From: Vicugna vicugna
Taxonomy: Eukaryota
DNA: 64,000 nt
Direction of reading: 5' to 3'
NCBI GenBank assembly: GCA_013265495.1
Contig: MU058423.1
Span: 3,053,061-3,117,060 of the forward strand
A program made the position numbers and the translations under genes. Of the stretch, positions 27,954 through 40,742 are shown piece by piece; the first letter of the stretch is position 1, and each line of letters begins with the position of its first letter. Under the pieces are notes generated by a model. The model saw only the letters and a list, made by a program, of their open reading frames with translations, searched no databases and was not told the origin of the DNA.

Positions 27954-29276
27954 GTAGAGCCAGCCTGGGTTTGACCATCTACTAACTGAGTGATTTTGGA
28001 CAAGTTACTTGTTTTTCTAATCTATAAAATGAAGATAACAATACTACTGCTTTCAAGAGTTCTTGTGAGGGTTAAATGAACGAATGCATGTAACAATGTT
28101 TGGCAAATAGTAATCAAATACCAGCTATTATAATTATATAGTAATTTGATATTATTGGTGCCAAAGCCTGACACAGATGAGAAAAATGATTAAAAGAAAT
28201 AGAACTAGGGGAGAGAGACTATTACTGATAGAGTCACAGGTGCCACCACTGAACTAAACCAGCATTGGATGGTTACTTTCCCTTAACACTTTGCTACCTG
28301 GGAGGGTCTGTGGGCCAGCATCTCTGCCATCACTAGGAGATTGTTAGAAATGCAGAATCTCCGGCCCAACTGAGACTTAGTCAGAATTTGTTTTTTAGCA
28401 AGATCTCGACCAGGTTTAGATGCAGCTTTATTTGGAAGAAGTGTGAGATCACTTGTAAGATCTCTTAAGGAGTTCCAGCCTGACATCAGTGATTGCAGGG
28501 ATTTGGCAGGAGGGCCTGACTTTGCAGCTGTTCCCACTATACCACTTCACCTGGTCTTCCATCATTTCTGCATTGCTAATCCCTACCGCTGGATCTGCTG
28601 ATCATCATTGGAGAAAGTAACATAGTTGCCAATAGCATGACTTTGTGGGGGGGGGTCATAGTCAAAACTCAGCTGCTGACAGCCTTTTGATTCCTGTCCC
28701 TTTGTGGAATTCCCTCTATAGGGCTGTTTTTCCAAATCTCCATTCTCTGTCACAGCCTCTGCAAGAAAAGAGACACTCCCAACTTTCTAATGAACTTTTT
28801 CGTTATCCTCTTGATATCATATGATAATGTGAACTCTGAGCTTGTCTTCTTTTTGCTTTAGAAAATTTATTTCCATCTTTCCTCGTTTATGTTAATGAAG
28901 TCATGTAAAACCTTGTTGCCTATGAAAAGCCTTTCCTATAGCCTTGATTCCATTCACTGCTATCTTTTCCAAGTGTTTGCTTGGTTCAGACCCTCCCCCT
29001 TGTCACCTACTTAGTTCTTAACTGCTTAGAATTAGGCTTGCCCCTTTTATAAGAAAGTCATTTAGAAGATAAACAACTAATTTACTAGTTCGTTGGCTTT
29101 TATTGGACTTTATTTTTCTCAGTTTCTCTGAAGTATTTAATATAGTTGACTATAATACCTTCTTGCAGTTAAGCCCCTCTTGGTCTCTACACTGTGGTTT
29201 TTAGCTTGCTTTCTATTACTCTTATTAGTCTTCACTCCTTTTGTATTTGGGTCTTCTCAAGGCTTCATTCCTTAGC

Positions 29277-30618
29277 TTTTTTTTTGTTTTAATTCAAGCC
29301 TAGTCAGTTTACAATATTGTATCAGTTTCTCATTACAGCATAATGTTTCATTCGTACATGAACATACACATTCTCGTTTTCATGTTCTTTTTCACCATAA
29401 GTTACTACCATCTATTGAATATAGTTCTCTGTGCTATACAGTATGAACTTGTTGTTTATCTAATTTATATATATTAGTTAGTATCTGCAAATCTCAAACT
29501 CCCAATTTATCCCTTCCCACCCCATTTCCCCCTGGTAACCATAAGTTTGTTTTCTATGTCTGAGTCTGTTTCTGTTTTGTAAATAAGTTCATTTGTCTTT
29601 TTTTTTTTTAGATTCCACATATAAATGATATCATATGGTATTTTTCTTTCTCTTTCTGGCTTACTTCATTTAGAATGGCGATCTCCAGATCCATCCATGT
29701 TGGTGCAGATGGCAACTATTTTATTCTTTTTTATGGCTGAGTAGTATTCCATTATATAAATAAACCACAACTTCTTTATCTAGTCATCTGTCGATGAACA
29801 TTTAGGTTGTTTCCTTGTCTTGGCTATTGTATATAGTGCTGCTGTGAACATTATGGTGCATGTATCTTTTCAAATTAGAGTTCCCTATGGATACATGCCC
29901 AGGAGTGGGATTGCTGGATCATATGGAAGGCCATTTTTAGTCTTTTGAGGAATCTCTATACTGTTTTCCATTATGGCCGCACCAAATTGCATTCCCACCA
30001 GTAGTGTAGGAGGGTTCCCTTTTCTCCACACCCTCCACAGTGCAGCATTTATCTGTTGTGGACTTTTAAGTGATTCTGACTGGCCATTCTGACTGATGTG
30101 AGGTGATACCTTGCTGTAGTTTTGATTTGCATTTCTCTAATAATTGGCAGTATTAAGCATTTTTTATGTGCCTATTAGCCATTTGTATGTCTTCATTGGA
30201 GGAGTGCTCATTTAGGTCTTCTGCTTATTTTTGGATGTGGGTTTTTTTTTTGTTATTAAGTTGTAAGAGCTGTTTGTATATTCTGGAAATTAAACCTATG
30301 TCAGTCACATCATTTGCAAATATTTTCTACCATTCTGTAGATTGTCGTTTTGTTTTGCTTATGGTTTCCTTTGCTGTGCAAAAGTTTATAAGTTTAGTTA
30401 GGTCCCATTTGTTTATTTTTGCTTTTATTTCTATTGCCTGGGTAGACTGCCCTAGGAGAACATTGTAAAATTTAGGTTAGATAATGTTTTGCCTATGTTT
30501 TCTTTTAGGAGGTTTATGATGTCCTGTCTTATGTTTAAGTCTTTCAGCCATTTTGAGTTTATTTTTGTGTATGGAGTGAGGGAGTGTTCTAGCTTCATTG
30601 ATTTACATGAGGCTGTCC
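29277..30618 (-). mobile_element. 5'-truncated lineage-specific L1 (~1.3 kb)
   Basis: Poly-T followed by antisense L1 3' UTR and ORF2 end (MCLLAICMSSLE...-type antisense ORF). Confidence 0.92.
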
Positions 30619-30944
30619 CCCTGACTTAACTCTTCTTTCCCTCAATCAAGTGTACAGTATCCAGTATTTCTAAGTGTGTCTAGAGCGTGACAGGGATCTT
30701 AGGCCACTTTTCCCATCCTCACTGTTATCTAGTATTTGGGGTTTACCTCTTTAAACATAAAAAGTTAGGGTTTTTCTTTTGAACTACCAGTTGTTTATTA
30801 AATTTATCAGTATATTTGATGAGTTCTCGTGCTCATTGTTGTTTCTTTTATTCACACCTTTCCTCATTGAAGTGAAGCTTCTTTAATGTATCAAGAGTCA
30901 ATGGTTTGTAGACTTCATTATTTTTTTTTATGTCTGAATAAATC

Positions 30945-31317
30945 TGTATTAGTTTTCTACGGGCACCACGACAGAGCAGCACAGACTGGGCAGCTTAAGC
31001 AGCAGGAATTTATTTTCTCCCAGTTCTGGAGGCTGGAAGTCCAAGATCAAGGGGTTGGCAGCGTGGGTTTCTGCTGTGGCCTCTCTCCTTGGCTTGCAGG
31101 TGGCTGTTTTCTCCCCGTGTCTTCACGTCATCTTCCCTCTGTGTTCAAATTTCCTCTTGTAAGAATATGAGTCATACTGGATTAGAGCCCACACTCATGG
31201 CCTCGTTTTAACTCAGTTACCTCTTTAGAGACCCTACCTCCACATATTCTGAGGGAACTGCAGGTTAGCGCTTCAGCGTGTGAATTTTGGGGGAGGGGTA
31301 CAATTTAGACCATGACA
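30945..31317. mobile_element. MaLR (MLT1-type) solo LTR
   Basis: TG...CA ends; cagttctggaggctggaagtccaagatcaagg signature. Confidence 0.85.
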
Positions 31318-31844
31318 GTATCATCATTAGTCTTTGCCATGGGGAGAAAAAGAACTTTTGTAAAATGTGAAATACACATACAGAAAAGTGTGTAAATATA
31401 AATGTTCACTTTAGCAAATTATTAAAAAGCAAACACCTATGTCACTACCATCCAGGTTAATAAGTAGAATATGGCCAGTGTCCCAGAAGCCCTCCAGCTC
31501 CTTTTCCCTCATCTCATGCTTGGTTTCAGAGGGGAGCGCTTCAGTATTCACCACCAAGTGTAGTGCCTGCTGTAGGACTCCATCTGACCAAGGTTTCTGT
31601 TATTCCTGGGCTGTTAAGTGTTTGTTTTGTTTTAATCTTGAATGAGTTTATCCTGTTTCATTCTTGCTCTTGGTTTTGGGGGCCTTCTCTTTCTTCATTA
31701 ATCTTACTATAGGTTTATTAATTTTATTAGTCATTTCAAAGAACCAAGTTTTGGCTTTGTTATCTTCTCTATTACATGCTTTTGTATTTATTAATTTTTA
31801 CTCTTTATTTTTGCACTGACTCCTTTTCCATGTTCTTTCTCTGG

Positions 31845-32605
31845 CCTCCTGCGCGTGCACTGATCAGCGCTGTGCTGAATACTCGAGGCGTCTGTTCTCA
31901 CACCAGTCCTCTGATACACACCAGGTGTCCTCCAGTTCAGTTCAGTTCTGACACTAAAACTATCCAGAATTAGGCACATCCCACAAGTTAAGGGCCATGT
32001 CCTTTGCAAGACTTTCCTCACATCAGATGCATGTCTTGGGGGCCGCTTGCACTTCTGACTAGCTGGCTGTAGATTTGGGGGTTCCCACAACCCCAACAGA
32101 TTGCATAATTCGCTAGAATGACTCACTGAAAGAACACACTGAAAGCAGTACACTTACAGTTTTATTATAAAGGATATAGATCAAGATCAGCCACATGAAG
32201 AGACACACAGGGCAGAGTTTGTGGGGGAAGACGCAGCGCTTCAGTGTCCTCTCCTCATAGAGTCCAGGCGTGTCACATCTCAGCACATCAGTGTGTCACC
32301 AACCAGGAGGCTTCTCTGAGCCTCAGGGTCTAGAATTTTGATCAGCGTTTCAGTCCATAGACTTCCCTGATTCCTTGGCCTAAAGATTGAACTGAATCTC
32401 CAGCTCCTCTCTCATCCTCAGAGATCGGGTGGCTGGAAGTTCCAACCCTCTAGTCATGAGCCTGGTCTTCCTGATGGCCCTTCCCCAACCTGAAGCTATC
32501 TAGGGTCCACCGTGAATCAGCTCATTAGCATAACAGACAGTCCTGTCCCTCAGGAAATTCCAAGGGTTTCTGAAGGAACTGAGGACAAAAACCAGATAAT
32601 CTCTA
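31845..32605. mobile_element. MER21-like ERV LTR relic
   Basis: ggtgtcctccagttcagttcagttctgacacta...cccacaagttaagggc motifs (family recalled). Confidence 0.6.
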
Positions 32606-33059
32606 CTGTGTTTCAGGGGCCCTCTGCAGATCTTTGGAGGTCTGTTTCTGTGCGGCTTTCTCCTGTGAACTCCAGCTGCCTTGGTTTCTGCAGACTCTCA
32701 ACTCCATCTCCTCACAGGGCCTTCTGGGCTCTGTCTGAACTCCCCCTCTGGGTGCCCATGGCCTGGAAACTCTTCTTAAGACAGTAATACAGGGCAGTGG
32801 AGGGGCTTTCCATGTTTGTTACACATCTTTTAGGGACCACCATTCTTTCTTGTCTGCTGTCCAGTGTCTTGAAAACAGTTTCATTTATTTTGTGCAGAGT
32901 TCTTGGTTCAGGCAGGAAGGTAAATCTGGTCCCAGTTACTCCATCTTGGCCAGAAGTAGGAGTCCAGGGAGTGCTTTGGAGCACGGAGTCACTGTGCCAT
33001 CTTGACCCAAAATCTCTGGCTGAATTCTTCCTTTATTCCTGTGTCAGGCTCTTGTCCCT

Positions 33060-35270
33060 TCCACTTTGTTAAAAGCTGCTGTACCAAATCCAGTGGTCAG
33101 TTTGCTGCCCTCTGATCACCTGATCTTTCAGCAGCATTTGATGTAGCTATAGTTCTTTTCTTTCTTCACTTGGCTCCTGGAATACCAGCCTCTCCTGGTT
33201 TTCCTCCTGCCTCACTAGTACTCATGGGCAGTGTCTCTTGTCTGCTCCCCCTCTTCTTTCTGACCTCCTAGTGTTGGCAGGCCCCAGGGCTCAGGTTTTT
33301 ATCTTAATAATAGAGCGCCCCGTGATCTTATCTAGTCCATGACTTTAAACCCCATCTACATCCTGATGTTTCTGTAGCCGCACTTCTCTCCTTAGCTCCG
33401 TGCTGTGTATTGGACACCTCCACTTGGGTATCAGTAGACATCTGAAATTGACTGTGTCCAAAACAGAACTCTTGATCTGTCAGAACTTGTGATCTGCCCA
33501 CCTCAGTGTCCCTCAGTCCTTCCCATTCTCCCAGTTGCCCAGGTCACAAATCTAGATGCCATTTCAATAGTCTCTTGTCCTTACTTATTATGTCCAATTT
33601 ACCAGCAATTTCTGCAGTATATTTCTGTATTAGGATAGCACAAGATGATGTTTAAAAAAAAAACCAAAAAGCAAAAACCTCCAAATCTCAGGACTTAACC
33701 ATAAAAGAAATTTGTGTTCACATGAAAGACATGTTCCCACTCAGTGGGTGGCCGTGCATGGGGTTGGTTAGGGTCCCAGCTCCTTCCATAGTTGGGCTGC
33801 CTTCCCATAGGGCTCAGTGCCCTCCCTGTTCCCTGCTGGGGCCAGGGTGGCGAGGCAGCCACAGGATCGTGCACGGGAGGCTTTCATGGGCCAGACCTGG
33901 ATGTGGTGTGCATACCCTTCCGCTGCTGTTGCACTGGCCAGGACTTAATTGTCACATACCTGACTGGAAGAGAGGCTGGGATATGTAGTCACTATGTGTA
34001 CAGAAAGAAGAAGGAATATGCTTGGTGACCTGTTAGCTGTTTTTTGCAACATAATGTAATGTCTACCTCAAATTTTAAAAATCTGATCATTCCCCATCAC
34101 CTTCGTTGCTGTCTTAGTTCATGCCACCTTCATCTCTCAGCGGGACTACTCATATCCTCCTTACTAATGTCCTGCTTTTGTTCTTCTGTTCCTGCCTGCA
34201 CATAGTAGCCATAGTGATTTAGTTTAGAACGTAACCCAGATTCTATCACTTCTCTGCTTAAAACCCTTAAGTGGCTAGCTTCCTGTTACATTTAGAGTAA
34301 AAACTACTCTCGTTACTGTGGCCGATTCCCTCACTGCACCCCACCCCCACCCCCTGCCCCAACTAGCTCGTTCACAAGACCCAGTTGTTCTGGCCTTCTT
34401 GCTTGTTCTTTGAATGCTTCAAATTTACTCCCTACTTGTGCCTTTATACTTGCTATGTCCCCGCTCTGAATGGTCTTTTCCCAGATCTTCCTAAGGTTAT
34501 TAGCTTCTTACCGTTTTTCTGCTTAAATGTTGTGGTTATTTACCACTGTGTAACAAACCACCCCAAAGTTTAGGGGCTTTAAACAACCATTTTATTACCT
34601 CCCATGATTCTGTGGCTTATGGAGCTTCACTGGGCTCCGCTGGGTGGTTACTTTATTCCATATGCTGGTGGCTAGATCACCAAGTCAGCTACCGAGGGAT
34701 TGGATCAGAACCACCAAGATGGCTCATCTACGTGGCTGGCCATTGACGTTGGCTGCCAGCTGGAGGCTTAGTCTGCCCTGACACAGGACGTCGCCGTGTG
34801 GCTTGGCCTTCTCACAGTGTGGTGGCTGAGGTCCAAGAGGGTGTTCCAAGAGCAAGCATTCCTAAGTGATAAAGTAGAGGCCGCTGATCCTGGTATAGCT
34901 TAGGCCAGGCCCTGGCCACAGTATTTTGGTCAAGTAGTCATATGGCCAACCTAGATTCAGGGGGAGAGGAGATAAATTCCGTCTCTCAGTGGGGGAAATG
35001 ACGGAGAATCCGAGGCCACCTTTCATCCAGTCAGAGGGCTTCCCCAAAGCACCCAGCGTCACCTAATCCATCTGCACCATTGTCTTGCTTTATTTTCCTC
35101 AGAGGACTTACCACCATCTGATTTTTTTTTTTTTTTTGCCAGTTTATTGACATCTCCCATGAGAATGTAAGCTTCTTAAAGAAGACCTGGCCTATTTTCC
35201 TAGTAGCCCTGCCACTTAAGCAGTGCCCAATATCCAGCAGGTATTTAGTAAATGTTGAACAAGTGAGTGC
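33060..35270. mobile_element. Mosaic of an L2 interrupted by two MLT1-type LTRs (~33625-34050 and ~34530-35025)
   Basis: L2 motifs resume after each LTR-like block; tgtaacaaaccaccccaaagtttag is MLT1-like; ends aaatgttgaacaagtgagtg. Confidence 0.62.
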
Positions 35271-36494
35271 TGAACTCTTTCCCCAAAGTGTATTCTCTTT
35301 CAGAATTGCCTTTTTAAGTTAACATATCACCATTTTCTTTGTCAGGAGGCCTTGGAATCTTGGAGTCATGTCTGCCATTGTTCTCTTTCTTTCCTTCTAC
35401 TGGCGTTCAGTTGCTGAGGCCTGTAGGAATAATCTTTAAAACATGCCCTGTGTGTTCTTTCTGTCCTTGTTACCACTGCTCATTGAGACCAACATCCTTT
35501 TTCTACTTCAGCCTCCTTGTTGGACCCTCTGAATCCAGTTTTTCCCTCATTCTGTACGCTTAATGCTAGTTTCATCTTCCCAAAATGTAGCTCCCATCAC
35601 CTTTGAATGCTGCTGTTAGCAGGTGAAGTTAGTCATAAGCTTTTTACTGTGGCAGAGTCTGTGCAGCCCACCTCTCCATTTCTGTGCTCCACCACATCCG
35701 TCCTCACGTTTCCAGTTTCTGAGATGTACACTGTGCTCTTCTGCCTCTGGCCCTCTTTATCTCGCACTTTTAGAATGTCACCCATCAAAGTCCATCTCCC
35801 ACGCCCATTCCTCCATGAAATCTTCCCAGTTTCTGCAAGTCAGGTGTCCTTCATCCTTTGAGCCCCTAAGACCTTTTGGATCCCTGCTGAGGCTTTGATC
35901 ATTTGCATTTGCTGCTTAACAAACATTTACTGAATGTCTTTCACATGCCAGCCCCTGGGCTAGGCGTCAGGCTTGGAGAGGTGAAGGGGGCAAGATGGAG
36001 AGGGAGCTGGGAGGGGAATTCAGTAAGTTGTTACCTTCCCTGGGGAAGTTGACATTATAGTGCAGTGGTTTCCTACCTTCATTGTGTGATGGAACCAGCT
36101 GAGGAGCCATAAAAATCCCAGTGCCTATGTCTTACCCCAAGAGATTCTGATCTAAGGGTCTGGGATGTAGCTTTTATTTTAATAAAAGTAAAAAGATGTC
36201 ATTTTTAATTTAATTTAAATTAAATAGCCACATGTGGCTAATGGCTACTGTATTGGATAGTGTTGAATAGAGGAGCTACTAAGTGTTGAAATGATTTGAA
36301 ATGATTCTGGCCAAGAAGTGGCTAATCTCAGAATGTGTTATTCTACAAGATGAAACAGAGCAACTAGGAACACAAAAGAGTGTTTGATTTGGCGTGGTGT
36401 TACTTTTATTCCTGCAACTAGACTGTAAGTCATTGATGGCTTTCTTGTCTTGAAACTCCCTTACCTGATTGTTATTCTCAGTAGGTATAAGAGA

Positions 36495-36685
36495 GGCTGT
36501 CCAGCAGCCCATTTTGCAGTAATGGAAATGTCCTACGTCTGCACCGTTCAGTTTGGCAGCCACTAGCCACACATGGCTATTGAGTGCTTGAAATGCAGCT
36601 TAGTAAGAATGAAGACCTGATTTTTAATTTAATTTTAATTTAAATAGCCACATGTGGCTAATGGCTACTATATTGGACAGTGTTG
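36495..36685. mobile_element. MER3-like hAT DNA transposon
   Basis: ctgtccag...ttggacagtg terminal inverted repeats and tagccacatgtggcta internal palindrome. Confidence 0.75.
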
Positions 36686-36869
36686 AATAGAGGAGCTATT
36701 AAGTGTTGAAATGATTTGACAGTGATTTTACACAGAGGCTTGGATGAAGCATGCTGTTTCCTCTGATTATTTGAGAGTTTGGTCACCTCATTTGAATCTT
36801 AATTTTGCACCTTTTTTAATGTCTCATTTGTTAAAAAAAAATGGGGGATGAGGAAGGTTTGATTAGAAT

Positions 36870-37420
36870 GTTTTTTTAAAAGTTTTGCTGAGAAATGATT
36901 CACGCATTTAAATTGTACAGTTCAATTTTAGTATATTCACAGATATATATATATATATATACATAAAACTGTTACCACAGTTAATTTTAGATGGCTTTTC
37001 ATCACCTCAGAAAGAAACCCTCTACCTTTCAACTACTACCTCTCTGTCCCTTATTATACCCTCAGCAGCTCCAATCTACTTCCTGTCTCCATAGATTTGC
37101 CTATTAGGGACATTTCATACGAATGGATCATATAATATATGGCCTTTGTTTGGTAACTGACTTCTTTCGCATAATAATGTTTTCAAGCTCCATCCATGTT
37201 GTAGCATGTGTTAATACATCATTCTTTTTATGGCCTCATAATATTCCATGTATGAATATGCCACATTTTATTCATTCATCAGTTCATGGACATTTGGGTT
37301 ATTTCTACTTTTTGGCTATTGTGACTAATATGGCTATAAATGTGTACAAGTTTTTGTGTAGACATAGATTTTCATTTCTCTTGGCTGTATACCTAGGAAT
37401 GGAATTACTGAATCATTTTG
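36870..37420 (-). mobile_element. Old L1 3' UTR with internal (TA)n
   Basis: Antisense L1M 3' end motifs (catccatgttgtagcatgtg, atacctaggaatggaattactg). Confidence 0.85.
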
Positions 37421-37629
37421 GAAAATCTTATTTTTTGGTCTCAATGAGAAAATGTGTGTATGTGTTTAATATGCAAATACCATTTTACTGAGTATTTTTA
37501 TCTCAGTTATTATTGGGAAAACATTATCTTAGCACTGGAAGGAAGTAGATTGTTTTTATCACAAAAAAGTTTCTTCTAAAAATAATTATGTTTCATTGTA
37601 TTTGTTAGTTTCTTTAGCCTTCATGCAGG

Positions 37630-37758
37630 ATGCTGTGTTCTTTGCTCCTTTGCCAGTGTCTGTGGTTGATAACTGCTTATGGTCATGATGATGACTGGAT
37701 TGACCCCACAGACATGCTTAACTATGATGCTGCTTCAGGAACAATGAGAAAATCTCAG
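37630..37758 (+). CDS. CLCC1: CLCC1 first coding exon, signal peptide ([43 protein letters not shown])
   Basis: aggATG start, CAG|gtattt donor, 129 nt; [14 protein letters not shown] is characteristic of CLCC1/MCLC. Confidence 0.96.
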
Positions 37759-38149
37759 GTATTTAAAAAATGTGTGAGTGTGTTTAAGACCATATCAGTC
37801 CTATGATGGAAATAGTGCAATTTTGTTACTGTTTTACACAGAGCAAGGAGTTCATGATTAGCAATCATGAGAACTTCCCGGCTCTTAGTCTAAGATGAGT
37901 TCAACTCCATCTGGTTATTTCTGTTTCAAATTTAAATGTAAAGCCCATCAAGAAGCAAACTAACTTGATTTTGGTTCCTAGCTGGTAGATAAATTTGAGG
38001 CTCTTATTTTTTTGGTGGTTTAATACAGTTGAAGAATGTAATGAGCAAAGTCATAAAATGATGAAGCCAAAATTTTAGTCTTCATTAACTGTAGGTTATT
38101 TTTACAACTGAACTACAAAGACACAAAATCTCTCTCTACTTTGCTTTAG

Positions 38150-38251
38150 GTGAAACATGGTATATCAGAGAAAAAGGAGGATAGTCCTGACATGTCATAT
38201 GCTGATGAGTTGTCAGAATGCTACAGCAAACTTGATTCTCTAAATTATAAG
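38150..38251 (+). CDS. CLCC1: CLCC1 coding exon 2 ([34 protein letters not shown])
   Basis: ctttag|GTG acceptor, AAG|gttaga donor, 102 nt. Confidence 0.93.
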
Positions 38252-40359
38252 GTTAGATTTTTTTCATTCATGATTTTTATATTATATATAGTATGTTAAA
38301 TTGCTCTGTTTTCCTGTCTTTGCTAATATTATTTGTGTTTCTGTCTAAAGTAAAATTTACATACATACGATTTTTTTCTTTAGTTACTCTAGCCTTGATT
38401 TCTCTTTGGTTACTCTGGCCTTGGTTTTTTAAAATAGTACTTTCATTTTTCTGTAATAACATTTAGCTCTCACTATGTTGTAATTATTTCTTCACCAGGC
38501 TGAAAATTTCCTAGGGCAAGAAATTGTTTTGTTCATCCACGATTCTCTATCACCTGGTGCAAAGCTGGGGTGTAGTAACTCCTGACAGACGTAGCAGATG
38601 AAGCATTGGCTCTGGTACCAGCTTACAAGCATTAAGAGTTACTCTTACAAACACAAGGGATTACTGTAATTTAGTGTGTGGTAGCTGTGTCTTCATTTAC
38701 TCAGTCCTTTTATTTATGTGACTAGAGTTTATGAGAAAGGAAATAAGTCAGGATTGTTAGAGGGTTTGATCTTCATGGTCTTCAGCTTTAAAATTGCTGA
38801 AAGTCATCAGGAAAACTGCTAATCAGGGTGCAGTGCTGCACATGTGTTCCTCATTTGTTGCCTACTTGCCTTTTGCAAAGAGAACCCATAGAAATAGAGA
38901 AAAGCTTATGCTGCGAGAGTCCACCTGTTGGTTGTGAGGGAGCGTGAGCTGGTGGCACTGGGGAGGGGGCCTCAGGTCGGGGGACGGCAGAGGTCCAGAA
39001 CCTGAAGACTCAAATTGAGGCAGTGGCCGGGGTTGAAGAGAAAGGTGTTTGGCCTTTCCATGGTAGAATAGGGGAGTTGTGGTGGCTGAGGTAGGAGGGG
39101 AAACAGGGAAGAGCTGGAGTGAATGAGGGAGGTTTCCAGCTAGAGACTTGCTCCAGCTGGGGAGGGCTTGTTAACTGAGATCCGGATAAATCCCAATTCA
39201 GATCTATAAGCAGCTGCTTATGGTTCTTATCAAATGTGAATGTTGTCTCACCCAAGTGCTTGCAGAGAAATGCCCGGATAAAACTTGCCTCAGTTTAACT
39301 GTTTTGTGGTGTAGTGAGCTAATATGGCTGCATAGTAGGAAAAGCAGAAATGGCTTTCTACAGACCATTTTCGTGACTTTGGTTGAAACGTTGTAAAAAC
39401 GCTATTGGTAAAATGGAGTCTTGAATCCTTGTGTCTTTTTTAAAAAAAAAGTTTCTCTTAAAAAGAAATTTAAAAATTTTTAAGGTTTGTAAACCTTTCC
39501 TGAAAGCAGAGGAAACTGCCACGTGACTTCTCTAGTGTCTTTCTATCCTGAGTCTGCGTGTGCTGCTCAGTTACTGTCATGTTTATTGCCTGAAGCCCAT
39601 TTGCTGAAGCCCAAGTGCTCAACTCAACTTGTGGTCCACGCTCAAGTAAACAATGGAAATTGCTTAACATAGGGTCTAAATGTCTGTAAGATGTACACTA
39701 CCCTCACTCAGAGATTTGATCGCTGGGGTGTTTGTAGAGTTAAGTTCAGGGGAAGACTATTCTAATGAAGAATTCTGTGCTGAGGGGGTGGCATGTGTCG
39801 GACACCCTGCAGAAGCCATGGTTCCTGCCTTCGTGAAGCATCTCATGTGGTAGGGGATGATCAGTTGTTGACAGGAAAAATTAATAAAAGGCCAGAAGTT
39901 ATAGGCACATTCAAGAAATTCTTTGCTGGGTCCTTCCTTTCATCTTCTGGCTTCATCCTGTCTCTGTTTCTCTTTCTCTGTCCTCTCTCCATTTTTTTCT
40001 TTCTACCTTTCCCTTTTCCTTTCATTCCTTTGTTAAATCATCACTTTGGAATTTGGAAGAGGCAGATGTTCCACATCTCTGCCTCCTTGCCTTGTGATCT
40101 TCAGCTTTAAAATTGGTCAAAGTCAGCAGGAAAAAACTGCTAATCAGGATGCAGTGCTGCACATGTGTTTCTCATTTGTTGCCTACGTGCTGATTGCAAA
40201 GAGAATCCACAGAAAGCAAGCAAGATCTATGTTTTAGTGCAAGCTTGATAAAGATAACCAGCTCCTTACCTTGATCTTGATGGGGCCACCAGGCTAGAAA
40301 CTTGACCCTTACATTAAACTTTGACACTAACTAATGTTGTATTTCTTTTGTGGTTGCAG

Positions 40360-40467
40360 ATTGATGAGTGTGAACAGAAGAAGAGGGAAGACTATGAAAG
40401 TCAAAGCAATCCTGTTTTTCGGAGATACTTAAATAAGATTTTAATTGAAACCAGAAAGCTTGGACTT
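40360..40467 (+). CDS. CLCC1: CLCC1 coding exon 3 ([36 protein letters not shown])
   Basis: ttgcag|ATT acceptor, CTT|gtgagt donor, 108 nt. Confidence 0.95.
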
Positions 40468-40742
40468 GTGAGTGTTTGATGATGTAATGCTAATCAGTGT
40501 AGTGGATATTTTCGTTGTTTATTAATTTCAAATTGTGTCAAGCAGTGCTAAAGCATCATTATGGTTCAGCAGAGGATACCTGACTCACCCTTTTACCAAA
40601 ACCTTTTCGTGCAGGACTGAAAGTAGCAGCCTGCTTTGCAGTGGTTTGGCCAAAGGCAAGTGAGCAGTGCAGACCCCTCCTCTTTTTCTCATAGTTCATG
40701 GGGATTTACTTACTCAGCTGTGCACTGCTGTGTTTCTTAATT

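Noticed and set aside
39206..39221. Perfect 16-bp palindrome ATAAGCAGCTGCTTAT with an E-box centre
   Set aside because: Isolated and without supporting context; may be chance or an old DNA-transposon remnant.
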